64,000 nucleotides of DNA from Candidatus Latescibacterota bacterium (GTDB taxonomy: Bacteria; Latescibacterota; UBA2968): the NCBI GenBank assembly GCA_965198115.1, contig OZ240241.1, forward strand, positions 5,888,001-5,952,000. Reading direction: 5' to 3'. Below are positions 21,123 to 31,623 of the stretch, piece after piece. Under the pieces are notes generated by a model that did not search any database, had not been told where the DNA came from, and worked only from the letters and a program-made list of their open reading frames with translations. Positions within the stretch are counted from its first letter, which is position 1. Each line of letters starts with the position of its first letter. The position numbers and the translations under genes are program-made.

Positions 21123-21742
21123 TCAGTGATAGAAGCGAACTTTCGGATCCCTAAAACGGCACGCGGTGTTGCGACCCCACGTGGCCAGAGCGATGCCGCC
21201 GCGTGTGCTGAAGTCGTCGGTGAGGCGGTTGACGAGCTGACCGTCGATATAAGTGTGGATGGAACGCCCGCGTACGGCGATCACGATGTCGTACTCCTGG
21301 CCGTATTCGAAGGTGAAATTTGCGACGTCGAGCTTCGTGACGCCCCGCACACCGCCTTTCTTCATAGTGACGGAAACCGCCTGCCATCCTGTGAGGAAGT
21401 CGAGAAAGTAGTAGTCCTTCCCGTTCTTTCGGAACTCGATCTGAAGGTTCGATCCCTTGACGAACGTGGCCGCGACCTTGAACTCGTAAGCGACCCACGT
21501 GGAATCCCCTGTAGCCAGTCTGGTGTGATGTTCTTCGCCCGAGTCCACGATAATGGTGTTGCCTTCACGCGACCACACCCCCTCTTCGGCCGCCGTCCAG
21601 CCGTCGAGCCCGTCACCCTCGAGCAGCGTTTCCCAGGCGATCTTTCCACGCATCCCACCGAGCTTGGACCTTCCGTAGTCGTTTGCCGGAGTCGGTTCCT
21701 CGGTCGAAGCCGGCAGTGACCAACTCACTAATGCGATCAGAC
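21123..21742 (-). pseudogene. DUF1080 (3-keto-disaccharide hydrolase-like) protein, start removed at the ISAzo13 boundary
   Basis: WETLLEGDGLDGW, WSREG, YIDGQLV, RGGIAL, FRDPKVR. Signal-peptide remnant LIALVSWSLPAS runs into the IS end. Confidence 0.7.
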
Positions 21743-23030
21743 TTAGGGTTTGCCACGAAATAAGTGCTGCACTTTTCAAGGTAATGATCTTACGCTCGGA
21801 GTGTGGACGTCGAAACTCTCCGAACGAAGTATGAAGCCTTGGCTCCGGTGCTGACGGAACGCACGCGTCGTCTGTGGGCCGCCACGGAAGCCGAAGCGTT
21901 GGGTCACGGTGGGATCGCGATTGTGGCTCTGGCGACAGGAATGTCCAGAGAGCGGATCTTTCGTGGCATTCAGGAGTTGAGGTCGGACGAACCTTTGGAC
22001 CCGGCTCGCATCCGGCGTCCAGGCGGCGGTCGTAAGCGGAAGGCCGACACGGACCCGACGCTGTGGCAGGACCTGAATGATCTGGTCGAGCCAACGACTG
22101 CGGGGTCGCCTGACGACAATCCTCTGAGATGGACATCGAAGAGCACTCGCAAACTGGCCGCCGAGTTGCAAGCGATGGGGCATTCGGTGAGCCCCAGGAT
22201 CGTTGCCAATCTCCTGCACGAACACGATTACACGCTGCAGGCGAATCGGAAGACAAGGGAGGGATCTGCACACCCGGATCGGGACGCTCAGTTCGTTTAC
22301 CTCGATGATCGGATTAGCCAGCAGCAGCAGCAGGGCCTTCCCGTTATCTCGGTGGACACCAAGAAGAAAGAGTTGATCGGCGACTTCAAGAATCCTGGCC
22401 GAGAATGGCGACCCAAGGGAGACCCGGAGCGTGTGAAGGTACACGATTTCATAGTGCCTGCTCAGGGCAAGGCGATCCCTTATGGAGTGTATGATCTGAG
22501 CCGTGATGAAGGCTGGGTAAGTGTCGGTATCGATCACGACACGGCCAGCTTCGCCGTGAATGCGATCCGAAGTTGGTGGAAGAACATGGGACGGCCCGCC
22601 TACGGCACTTCGACGCATCTGCTAATCACGGCGGACGCAGGCGGCAGCAACGGCGCCAAGACGCGGCTGTGGAAGTGGGAGCTGCAGCGCTTTGCGAATC
22701 GCACTGGCCTGACGATCACCGTATGCCACTACCCTCCTGGCACTAGTAAGTGGAACAAGATCGAACATCGCCTGTTCTCCTTCATCGCTATGAACTGGGC
22801 GAGGCAAGCCCCTGGTCAGCCTGGCTGCAACCGTGAATCTCATTGCCGGAACGACCACTCAAGCCGGTCTCCGAGTACGCTCCGAGATCGACAAGCGACC
22901 CTACCCTAACGGGGTCAAGGTGACCGATGAACAGATGACCCAAATCGATCTCACTCCGCACGATTTCCACGGCGACTGGAACTACACGATCCGGCCAATG
23001 GCTCAACATTGAGATCGACCGTTTATTTAT

Positions 23031-24450
23031 GGCTATATTCGGATCTCTCAACGAGATGAAGTGGGTGAAGGTGCCGTGGTTCCTGGCATGGGGGCGCGGT
23101 TAGAGTGTGCGGAACCTCTTCGGAATCTGCTCAGGGATGTTTATGTCTCCGACGGTAAGGAAGATCATATCGTTGAATGCGTCGAGTGTGCGGAATCCGC
23201 TGGCTCGGTTCTTGACGATTTGGACGATTCGGTTGAGGCCTTCGGCGATGGCGTTGGTAAGACGCGTGTTCACGAATGCGAGGACGCCGAAGAAGTGCTG
23301 TCGCAGGGTCCTGACGAACTTTCGCAGGGGTTCAAGTCGACTTCTGAGTGCGGACGTCGTCCAGCATTTCAGGAAGCGTTCGGCAGCCCAGGGCGCTTTG
23401 TATTCCCAGAACTGCTCGAACTCGTCCTTGAGTCTCCAGGCTCTATAGATTCGGTAGTTCGCCTTCTCCAGTGCTTTGAGTGTCCGAGTATCCCCTCTGG
23501 AGCGTGTCGCTGAGTGCCGGTAGAGGAGCCATCGGAGGCCCTTCATGGCTTTGCGCTCATCCGGGGCAGCTTTACGCCACTGGTCCTTACGGACCTCGTC
23601 AACGGCGGCATTGAGAGCCTTGACGATGTGAAAGCGATCGAGGACCAGCTTGGCATTCGGACAGTGTTCCTGGATGGCTCCGATGTAAGCTTCGCTCATG
23701 TCGCAGCAGGCCCACTCGATCTTGGATCTCCGGTAGGGACTGAGAGCCTCTGTGAAGAACCGATCGATCGTTTTACGCGCCCTGCCGCGGCCAACCCACA
23801 CCACGCAGGAGCGGTCCAGATCGTAAACGAGCGTGGCGTACCTGTGACGCTTGGCGTAGGAGATCTCGTCGATCCCGATGGTTTTGAGCCCTCGGATACG
23901 ATGACCTTCACGAAGCCGCGTGATGGATCGGTGAAGGAGATCCGACAGCGTCGAGGCAGAGATGCGCAGCAACTCGGACGCCGCCTTCTGCGTCATGGTC
24001 TGGCAGTAGCGCAGCATGGCATACTCGAAGCGATACGTCACCCGAGAGAACCGCTCCGCCCACGGAATCTCCTCGACCACACGACCGTGGGTAGGACACC
24101 GAATCTCCCGAGGATGGTAGAGAAGCCAGACCCTCCACCCGCACACCGGAATGTCACGCCACCGACGCGGATGGGGCATTGTGCGGACGATTTTACCTCG
24201 ACGGCCGCACTCCGGACAACAACAACCATTCTTATGGGGCTTTACGGCGATGACGAAACAGCTTCTCCCCTCAAACCACCAGCTGACAACACGGAACCCC
24301 TTGAATCTCAGCAGTTTCGATAGTAATCTGCTCCCGGTCATAGGTCGCACCCCCTTCGCTTTGATTGTCCTACACACACAACCAAGCGTAGGGAACGATC
24401 TATGACCTTGTCATTCTATAGTTTCACCGTTGAGAAACCCGGATAGAGCC
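23031..24450 (-). mobile_element. ISL3-family element
   Basis: 8-bp TSD ttatttat (23023-23030 and 24451-24458). TIRs ggctatattcggatctctcaacg / ggctctatccgggtttctcaacg. Confidence 0.93.
23100..24341 (-). CDS. ISL3 transposase
   Basis: CPECG zinc finger, IGIDE, CCDMS, LDRFHIV, TNAIAEGLN. Confidence 0.94.
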   Translation of the reverse strand: MTGSRLLSKLLRFKGFRVVSWWFEGRSCFVIAVKPHKNGCCCPECGRRGKIVRTMPHPRRWRDIPVCGWRVWLLYHPREIRCPTHGRVVEEIPWAERFSRVTYRFEYAMLRYCQTMTQKAASELLRISASTLSDLLHRSITRLREGHRIRGLKTIGIDEISYAKRHRYATLVYDLDRSCVVWVGRGRARKTIDRFFTEALSPYRRSKIEWACCDMSEAYIGAIQEHCPNAKLVLDRFHIVKALNAAVDEVRKDQWRKAAPDERKAMKGLRWLLYRHSATRSRGDTRTLKALEKANYRIYRAWRLKDEFEQFWEYKAPWAAERFLKCWTTSALRSRLEPLRKFVRTLRQHFFGVLAFVNTRLTNAIAEGLNRIVQIVKNRASGFRTLDAFNDMIFLTVGDINIPEQIPKRFRTL

Positions 24451-24467
24451 TTATTTATTCGCGAACC

Positions 24468-27079
24468 CTAAGTCTCACCCGCACCCGAGTTTGTCTGTAG
24501 CTCGAGCGTAGCCGAAGAGGCGCCGACACCCAGGTTGTTACGGAGGCGGTTCCCGACGATGACGAACGACGTGTCGACACGTTCGTTCAGCTCGATCTCC
24601 GTTCCCAAGGATCCATCCGTCGAATTGGCAATCCACATTCGCTGCACCTGAGTCGGCGAGGTGATCGTCGCCCACGTCGTCACAGCGCCAAAGTCTGAGG
24701 AAGTCAGAACGATTCGGATGTTCGGCGAGCTCGTTCTTCCATCCGGAGCCGCCAGTCCCTGGTTCGGCACGAGCGTCGGGTCGACACCCCCGTTGTCCAC
24801 ATCGACGGCCTCCCAGGAAATGACCACCGGTTCCTCGACGGAAACCTGGATATCTTGCGCAGGTTGTGTTCCCCGGATGTAGGGCGGATGTCTGAAGACG
24901 ACACCCTGAGGTGTGGTACCAACTTCTGTGAAAGAGATAAGACGGCTGGTACTGCCACCAGTGATGATGCCGTAGATGTCGGTTCTCGGAACAGTCGTTC
25001 CCTCGGTTGCGGGTGCTGTGAAGTTCCAGATGTCCCGCGCGAACTGGTTGTCGAACATCCCGTCCGGATCTTCGGCGATACTGGTGACAATCGTATGCGT
25101 GTCATTGTCACCACGGTTCAGGAAGTTCAACAGATCCGTTCCGTTCGAGTTTCCACTCGTATAAGCCACGCTCTTAGAAACATCCCTAAAGCTGGATCGC
25201 GTGCTGTAGTAGAGATCGATGGACGCGTTATTGTCGACATCGACGTCTCCGGCCAAGCCCAGTGATCCCCACGAGATGGCCACAAATCGCTGGGCAGGTC
25301 CTGGGAGCAGGTTCTTTCCATCCAGGTCTTGCTGCATCTGCGTGACGTCGATCCCGGTAGTGACATCGATGTCTCCATCATTCTGCAGATCGAAGTCGTT
25401 TAACGAAAACGAGTCAGGGTTGATGTTGGGTGAGTGTGTCACCGTCAGCGTCGTAAAGCTTGGTGAAGATTGGAAGGGATCGTCCTGTACCTGCCGCAGT
25501 ACACGGTGACTGTCGACCCCGTCTGTTGCCGCGAAATACACCGAGAAGCTGCCTTCAGGTATGAAGTCCGTGACGAGCTGGGTAATACTGTCACGGGTCA
25601 AGCCGATGAATCCAAACGACTTCTCATTTATGGACAGCGTGTCCGATCCAGAGACCTTCGTCGCGTTGGCGACGCTGTCGATGCCCGTATCCACGAAGTT
25701 CGCGGAGGTAAGACCACTCTGCGTAGACACGAAGATGGTCATCTCAACATCCCCGGGATTGTCCACGTCTTCCAGCAGGTAGAGCAGTTCCACGACGCTC
25801 AGAGAGCTCGGTGTAGCCCCATTGTTCAGGCTGCTGATGGCAGCGCCTCGTTCTACGAAAGAACCGGTATCCAGGGTGATGTTCCGGTTGTCTTTTCGGT
25901 TGCCTGCGACAACGGCCATGCCAGGGATGTCACTCGGGACCTGGATGATCCCCGTGGAGGAGAAATCATCGCCACCGTCGTCATCGTAGTCCCAGCCCAC
26001 GATGATGAATTCAGGCGGATGATTCACGAGCAACGGACCACTTCGCGAAAGGAACGCACCTGCCGTGAAGACACCTCGACGGGTGTCATCGAAGTCGGCC
26101 TTGGCACTACCCCCGCTTGTGTTGTTCACAGAGGGGAATCGATCCGGTGCCGGGTCAGCGAGCACGTAGACATAGTAGACGGTGTTGTCGGTCGTCTCCT
26201 CGAGAGAGATGACGGCGTTCGTGCTATCTGCCGTCGTCGGTGCAAAAATGGTTGTGTAGTTCTCTCGAATAAAAGTGCGGGGTACGACACGCGGATTCTG
26301 CCGCTGCCGACTAATGGAGTGCGATCTGCGCCCAGTGTGAAGTGTGTCAGATCGGCCAACGTTGAGGGACGACGGATGAGAGTCGAATCGGTCGACAGGT
26401 AAAACGTGTAGATGATGTCCGGCCGGCCGTCAGAGAATCCGGTGGATGCGGATAGACCGGAAATGCCCGTATGGCTCAGATCAGGCAGCGCGCTCGGGAA
26501 ATCAATCTTGTAGAAGCGACCGCCGAGTGTCGTCGTGTCGCCAATCGTCGAATCAGGATCCGAGAACTGAAACTCTTGAACTCGCAAGTTCTGAAGTTTT
26601 GAAACCGTGGGTGTCTGGCGGGTACCCACGTCTGAGCTGAAATCGAGTGTATAGACGGTGTCGACACGCGATCCTTGGGGGATGCCCGCAAATGCGGTGG
26701 GCGTCGTGAGGTCGAATTCGACGGTGACGACGGAGTTGGCAGCCGTACCAGTCAGGCCAAACGCCAGGGTCGTTGTGGTCGGAGATCCCGCGAAGAACGA
26801 GTTCGTCGCCGCCCCGTTCGTCGTCGTCGTCACGGAGTTACTGACCACCGTGAGTTCGGCGGGAACGGTAATGGTGAACGCCCGAGTCGCCGGACCGGCA
26901 GTTCCACCCAGCGTGATATCGAATCGCTGGTGGTACTGATCGCCAGACAGGGGCTCGATGCCGTTGACAACCTCGTCGGGTTGCAGGGTCACGGTCTGGG
27001 CCTGGAGCGATCCAGTCCAGAATGCGACCAGCAGCGTCAACAGGATGCCCGATTTGCGTTGACGAATGAGTGGGTTCAT
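24468..27079 (-). CDS. Large secreted/surface protein, frameshift near 26270, ends at the ISAzo13 terminus
   Basis: Signal peptide MNPLIRQRKSGILLTLLVAFWTGSLQA; Thr/Ser/Gly/Asp-rich beta-type sequence; stop codon overlaps the IS terminus. Confidence 0.7.
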
Positions 27080-27338
27080 GGGGATTTTCCTGGTTCGGAG
27101 CCAGGAGAGCGATTGGTCTTACCCAAGCTACTGGTATTTCAGGTGGTTACGTCCGTGTAGTTACCTTCGATCGCCTCCATGACCGGTCCGTGGGGTCCCG
27201 GCTCTAATTGATGTAACTAGTTGTTTTTTTTGACCAACGATTCCATTCACCGGTCTATGTGGGTTGGCCGGATGCAGGCCCCCTTCTCATGTATCGGCGA
27301 TGGAGCTTGAGTCTTTAGTCCGACTCGAAACTTTTTTC

Positions 27339-27379
27339 AAAAAAAGTAAGGGCCGGAAGCAAACGCTCCCGGCCCTTTT
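27339..27379 (-). terminator. Intrinsic terminator after the ROK gene
   Basis: Minus strand aagggccgggagc-gttt-gcttccggccctt-acttttttt. Confidence 0.75.
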
Positions 27380-27410
27380 CCAATCTTTCAAACTTCAATG
27401 TGCAAATCCG

Positions 27411-28343
27411 TTATCTCATCGCCAATGCCGCCGCCCCCAGCAGCACCGATCGATCCCCTCTCGCCGCGGGTAGAATGCGGACAGCATTACGATGAACAGG
27501 CATGACTCGATCCCTCGTCGCACGACGAAGAGGTTCGAACAGGATGCTGCCCGCGCGAGCGACCCCACCCCCGACAACGACACAGTCCGGCGCAAAGGTG
27601 TTCACCGTCGTCGCGATTCCCACACTCAGGTAGCGAGCCGTTTCCTCGACCAACCTGGCGGCAAGACGATCCCCTTCTTTCGCCGCCGACATCACATCCC
27701 TAGCGGTGATTACTCCCGAGGTTCTGTAGACCTTTCGCAAGCTGCGGCTCCTTCCACCCGCCACAAGGGCCTCCACGGCACGGCGACCGATCGACGACCC
27801 CGAGCAAAGAGCCTCGAGACATCCGCGATTGCCGCAGGCGCAGACCGGGCCCTCTTCCAGAATGGGGACGTGCCCCATCTCGCCGGCCTGACCGTTGGCG
27901 CCTCGGTAGATTTCACCGTCGATGATCACACCGCCCCCGATTCCTGTGCTAACCGTGTAATAGACGAGGTGCCGACACCCACGGCCTGCACCGAACGTCA
28001 GCTCGCCCAGGGCACCCAGATTGGCGTCGTTGTCGACCACGGTCGGAAGACCGAGTGCATCCTCGATCAGCTTCGACAGCGGAACGTCGTCCCAACCCTG
28101 AACGTGCGTAGAGTTGATCACACGCTGGTCATCGAACGCCACCGGACCGCCGAATCCCACACCGCACGCCGTCACTCTGAACGATTGGCAGAGCTGCCGC
28201 CCGTGCTCGATCACGCGGTCGATCATCCAGGGCGCACCGCCGGCCGCATCCGTCTTGCCCCGCTCGATGCGGGTCACCTCACCTCTGCGGCCGATCACCG
28301 CGAGCCGGTACTGAGTCCCTCCGATGTCGATCGCAAGAACCAC
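27411..28343 (-). CDS. ROK family sugar kinase
   Basis: AIDIGGT, DNDANLGALGE, STGIGGG, GEMGH, CACGNRGCLE. Confidence 0.93.
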   Translation of the reverse strand: MVLAIDIGGTQYRLAVIGRRGEVTRIERGKTDAAGGAPWMIDRVIEHGRQLCQSFRVTACGVGFGGPVAFDDQRVINSTHVQGWDDVPLSKLIEDALGLPTVVDNDANLGALGELTFGAGRGCRHLVYYTVSTGIGGGVIIDGEIYRGANGQAGEMGHVPILEEGPVCACGNRGCLEALCSGSSIGRRAVEALVAGGRSRSLRKVYRTSGVITARDVMSAAKEGDRLAARLVEETARYLSVGIATTVNTFAPDCVVVGGGVARAGSILFEPLRRATRDRVMPVHRNAVRILPAARGDRSVLLGAAALAMR

Positions 28344-28346
28344 CTG

Positions 28347-29117
28347 TCACCCATTCCAGTTCACACCCAGTGCCTTCAAGTGGGATAAAGACTGCTCGAC
28401 CCTCGCGCAGACTTCAGCCTCAGTCAGAGATTCGCCTTCGATCCCCTCGATCTCGAGCGTCATCGGACCGGAAAACGAGGCCGCCCTCAGTATGTCGAAA
28501 ATCGATGTGAAATCGACGATGCCTTGGCCCAGTGCTGGGAAGTGCCACGTGCGGTATTCGCCGTTCGTGTCCTTGAGGTGAACAGCCCCAACGTGATCGA
28601 CAATCCGCCTCAGCTCTGATACGGCATCGACACCTTCATTATAGTAGTAGAGATTGGCCGTATCGAAATTGACCCCCACGTTTGGATGGGCAACACCCGA
28701 CATCGTCGCAAGGGCGACATCCGCATTCGTCACCAGGTCCGGATGCGTCTCCAGGGCCACCGTCACACCCCACTCGGCCGCAGCATCTCCGATGTTCTGA
28801 AGCCGTCCGTAGACGTAGTCCAGATCGAGTTCGCCCGTTTTGACGCTCGTGAACACCGTCTTGACGTCGAACTCGGCAACGGTTTGGAGAGCGTGTGCAA
28901 ATCGGACCACCACGTCGTCCGCGTCCATCTGACAGGGAACGATCAACGACGAAGCGGATAGACTGTGATCTTCGAGCTCCTGGCGAACGCCCTGGGCCTC
29001 CCGGCTATCCGGACACTGAATCTCCACGTGTTTCACACCCATTTCGGCCAGATGCGCGTACGCGCGATGACGATACGGACCATAGCTGGCCAAATTGCAG
29101 GCGACGAGGGCATTCAT
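28347..29117 (-). CDS. Sugar phosphate isomerase/epimerase (TIM barrel)
   Basis: VALETH, NFDTAN, VHLKD, LGQGIVDF, LEIE. Confidence 0.88.
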   Translation of the reverse strand: MNALVACNLASYGPYRHRAYAHLAEMGVKHVEIQCPDSREAQGVRQELEDHSLSASSLIVPCQMDADDVVVRFAHALQTVAEFDVKTVFTSVKTGELDLDYVYGRLQNIGDAAAEWGVTVALETHPDLVTNADVALATMSGVAHPNVGVNFDTANLYYYNEGVDAVSELRRIVDHVGAVHLKDTNGEYRTWHFPALGQGIVDFTSIFDILRAASFSGPMTLEIEGIEGESLTEAEVCARVEQSLSHLKALGVNWNG

Positions 29118-29138
29118 CTACAATCACTCGATGGATGG

Positions 29139-29366
29139 TCAGAACAATCGTTGGAGAAACATCAGCGCGAGGAAAATCACGATAGGCGATAGGTCGAATC
29201 CACCCATCGGAGGAAGGAGACGGCGAACAGGAGCGAGCACAGGCTCCGTGAGCGCATAAATCACGCGGACGACGGGATGGTAAGGATTGGGCGAGAACCA
29301 CGACATTAGGACCCGTGCCAGGATGACGTACCAGTATAGTGTCAGGAAACTCGAGATCAGTCCCAC
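29139..29366 (-). CDS. yggT: YggT family membrane protein
   Basis: RVLMSWF, TEPVLAPVRRLLP, GFDLSPI. Confidence 0.92.
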   Translation of the reverse strand: MGLISSFLTLYWYVILARVLMSWFSPNPYHPVVRVIYALTEPVLAPVRRLLPPMGGFDLSPIVIFLALMFLQRLF

Positions 29367-29380
29367 GTGATTCCCCTATC

Positions 29381-29490
29381 TTGACGGCAGGATGTAATCT
29401 GGTAGTTTTCAAATGCAGGCCGTTAGGTCGCATCACCTCCTATCTACCCCTCCCTTGATAGGAATACGCCCAACGGTCTGCATTTTTGTT
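29381..29490 (+). ncRNA. Putative small RNA 1 (promoter, long hairpin with anti-SD-like sequences, U-tract)
   Basis: TTGACG-N16-TAGTTT; stem aaatgcaggccgtt/aacggtctgcattt; inner stem tcctatc/gatagga; loop tacccctccctt. Strand not certain. Confidence 0.4.
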
Positions 29491-29582
29491 GACCCGTGTG
29501 GCGGATCGGTTTAGGTTTGACCCACTGAGTGATGCAGTAGTCCCCCGAGGGCACGGAGGGAGCCCTTGGGGGATTTGTCTTT
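29489..29582 (+). ncRNA. Putative small RNA 2 (promoter, GGA-loop hairpin, U-tract)
   Basis: TTGACC-N17-TAGGTT; tcccccgagggc-acggaggga-gcccttggggga-tttgtcttt. Confidence 0.4.
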
Positions 29583-29657
29583 GTATGTCAAGAGGCGCTC
29601 GGCAGACCAACTGGGTGGACCACGTCTACCCCCGGTCACCCCGTTTCTTCCTGTCAC

Positions 29658-30035
29658 CTACATACGGCCTGCTTGATTCGACCGTCGAAAGGATGGTCCG
29701 AACAGAAGAATGATCGACAGGCTGCTGTAAACGCCGATCGGCCCACCGATGCCCCAGGAAAGACCGAACTCAACCCCTTTGTAGATAAAGAAACCGATCC
29801 CCGTCGTCACTCCGAAAGCAACCGCCGTGCGGAGGGCGCGAACAAAATCCTCAGCCTGCTCCTCGGTACTCGGCTTGTTCAGCCCGAACACGAGTCCCAC
29901 CGCAAGACCTGCGAAGAGACCTTGCCTGACCAAGTAGGCTTCCAGAAGCCTCTCCGTCAGAATCAGCACGGCCAAAATCAGACCGCTCCATCCTGTGGCA
30001 CGACGCCAGGTCAACCCGAACCCTCCCGTGGACAA
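29658..30035 (-). CDS. Small membrane hypothetical protein
   Basis: Several hydrophobic segments; upstream region interrupted by IS256. Confidence 0.45.
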   Translation of the reverse strand: MSTGGFGLTWRRATGWSGLILAVLILTERLLEAYLVRQGLFAGLAVGLVFGLNKPSTEEQAEDFVRALRTAVAFGVTTGIGFFIYKGVEFGLSWGIGGPIGVYSSLSIILLFGPSFRRSNQAGRM

Positions 30036-30107
30036 GGAACGATGAGAGCATAAGCCCGGGGTCGAAGTCCGTCAACGACGCCACAGACGCCCGATGATTG
30101 AACACGC

Positions 30108-31495
30108 GGTCAAGTCCCATAGTCAGTTGAAAACTCATCGGGCCCCGTAGTTTGGTCAGGCTCTCTTTTGAGCATTCTGTTCGTTGTCGAGATTCAGATC
30201 TTTGTTCAGTGCTTGCCTGAGTAGGGGAAGATGTTTGTATCCGCTCACGCGTCGCAGGCGAGGTTCGATGTCGAGGAGTGCGGCAGCCACCCATCTGTGT
30301 CTCTGGGGAGAGTTGTTCCAGCGTCTGACCTTCCGAGTGAGCTCGCCGGTCCTGCTGTTGAGGGCTTCGATGCAGTTGGTGGTTCGGAAGCTTCGTTTCA
30401 GGAATGGGAGCATACCCAGCCGGTGGAGGGTCAGGGTTTCCTCCAGGCCTTCCTCGAGGCTCGTTACGGCAGACTGATTCATCAGCTTCAGTTCGGGTTT
30501 AAGTGATTCGAGTGCGGCCTTTGCCTCCTCGTAGGTGTCGCAGTCATAGGCTTTCTGGAGCTTCCGTCGAACTCTTGGACGTTCCCTCTCCGGGAGATAG
30601 CTGACGACATTCTCGCGCTTGTGCCACTGACAGCGATGCACGCGCACATACCCTTTGAGGGCTTTGGTGACAGCACTGCGGAGTCCCTTTGAGCCGTCAA
30701 GCACAACGAGAAGGCCCTGGTCGTAGCACAGGCCTCTCCGGATGAGGTCCTGGATCAGCTGGCGGCAGATCCGTTCGTTCTCCGTCGCCGATTCGACGAA
30801 GCCCAGGGGGATCTTCTGGCCGTCCATCGTGACCCCCAGAGCGATCACGATCTCTTCGTCGGCAAAGCTCTTTCCGTCAATGAACAGGGTCACGAAGCCG
30901 TAGTCGTCGAGGGGACGCTCCTGGAACTGCTTCAGCTTCTTCGCGGTGGCTTTGATGAACCGCCGCGAGACGGAGGACGCTGAGATACCAAACGCTTCTG
31001 GAACCGATTCGGCACAGGCCTTGTAGTTGCGGCACGAGATCCCCTTGAGAACACGAAGCAACAGCCCCTCGTCCGTCTTCTTGGGCGTCTGTAGAGCCCG
31101 GTATGCAGCCAGGGAAACCTCTGCGTCGGCCTCGACGTCGCGCACCCGGGGAACGTCTAACGGGAGCTTCTGGTCCATCAGATACACGGATCCCTTCTGG
31201 CTTCCCCACCGACGATGCGCCTGCTCCGAACCTTTGCGCGCATACCGAACGCCTGCGAGCTGCTCGACCTCCTGCTGGAGGAGGTCTGCCACTGCCTCCA
31301 GACCCAACGGGATCAACGCCTGGATCACCGACAAACGCGTCTCCAAATCGATGACATCGCCCTCAACCTTGACTTCACCATCGCCTACAAATAGCTTCTC
31401 CATCTGGGCTCCTTTCTTACGGGTATACGCTCCTACACGTCTACCCAACGTAAGTTTGGAGCCCTCTAAGTTTCAACTACGATAGGCACAACACC
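30108..31495 (-). mobile_element. IS256-family element copy B (transposase 30156-31403)
   Basis: 8-bp TSD gaacacgc (30100-30107 and 31496-31503). Same TIR type and close paralog of copy A. Confidence 0.93.
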
Positions 31496-31623
31496 GAACA
31501 CGCGGGACTTCTGATGATTTCAACTTGACCCCCACTCGCACCTGCCTGATCTTTCCCATCACAGCGGGAAACGAAGCTATCTCCTTATGAAGTAAGGGGA
31601 TAGCCCTTCTTAAAGAGGTTCGG

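Larger units (their letters stand above)
21744..24470 (+). mobile_element. ISAzo13-family element, transposase 21803-23012 (frameshift near 22797), right TIR split by ISL3
   Basis: LRWTSKS, ISVDTKKKE, TADAGGSN, PPGTSKWNKIEHRLF, FHGDWNY. TIRs tagggtttgccacgaaataa / tagggttcgcgaataaataa. Confidence 0.92.

Noticed and set aside
29005-29436. Type I toxin ORF behind the strong AGGAGGTG
   Set aside because: SD-to-ATG spacing is too short, the product is not a short hydrophobic peptide, and it overlaps yggT out of frame.
29495-29625. 6S RNA or SRP RNA
   Set aside because: An extended hairpin can be drawn, but it is short, lacks the conserved motifs I would expect, and includes a promoter-like sequence and an internal U-tract.
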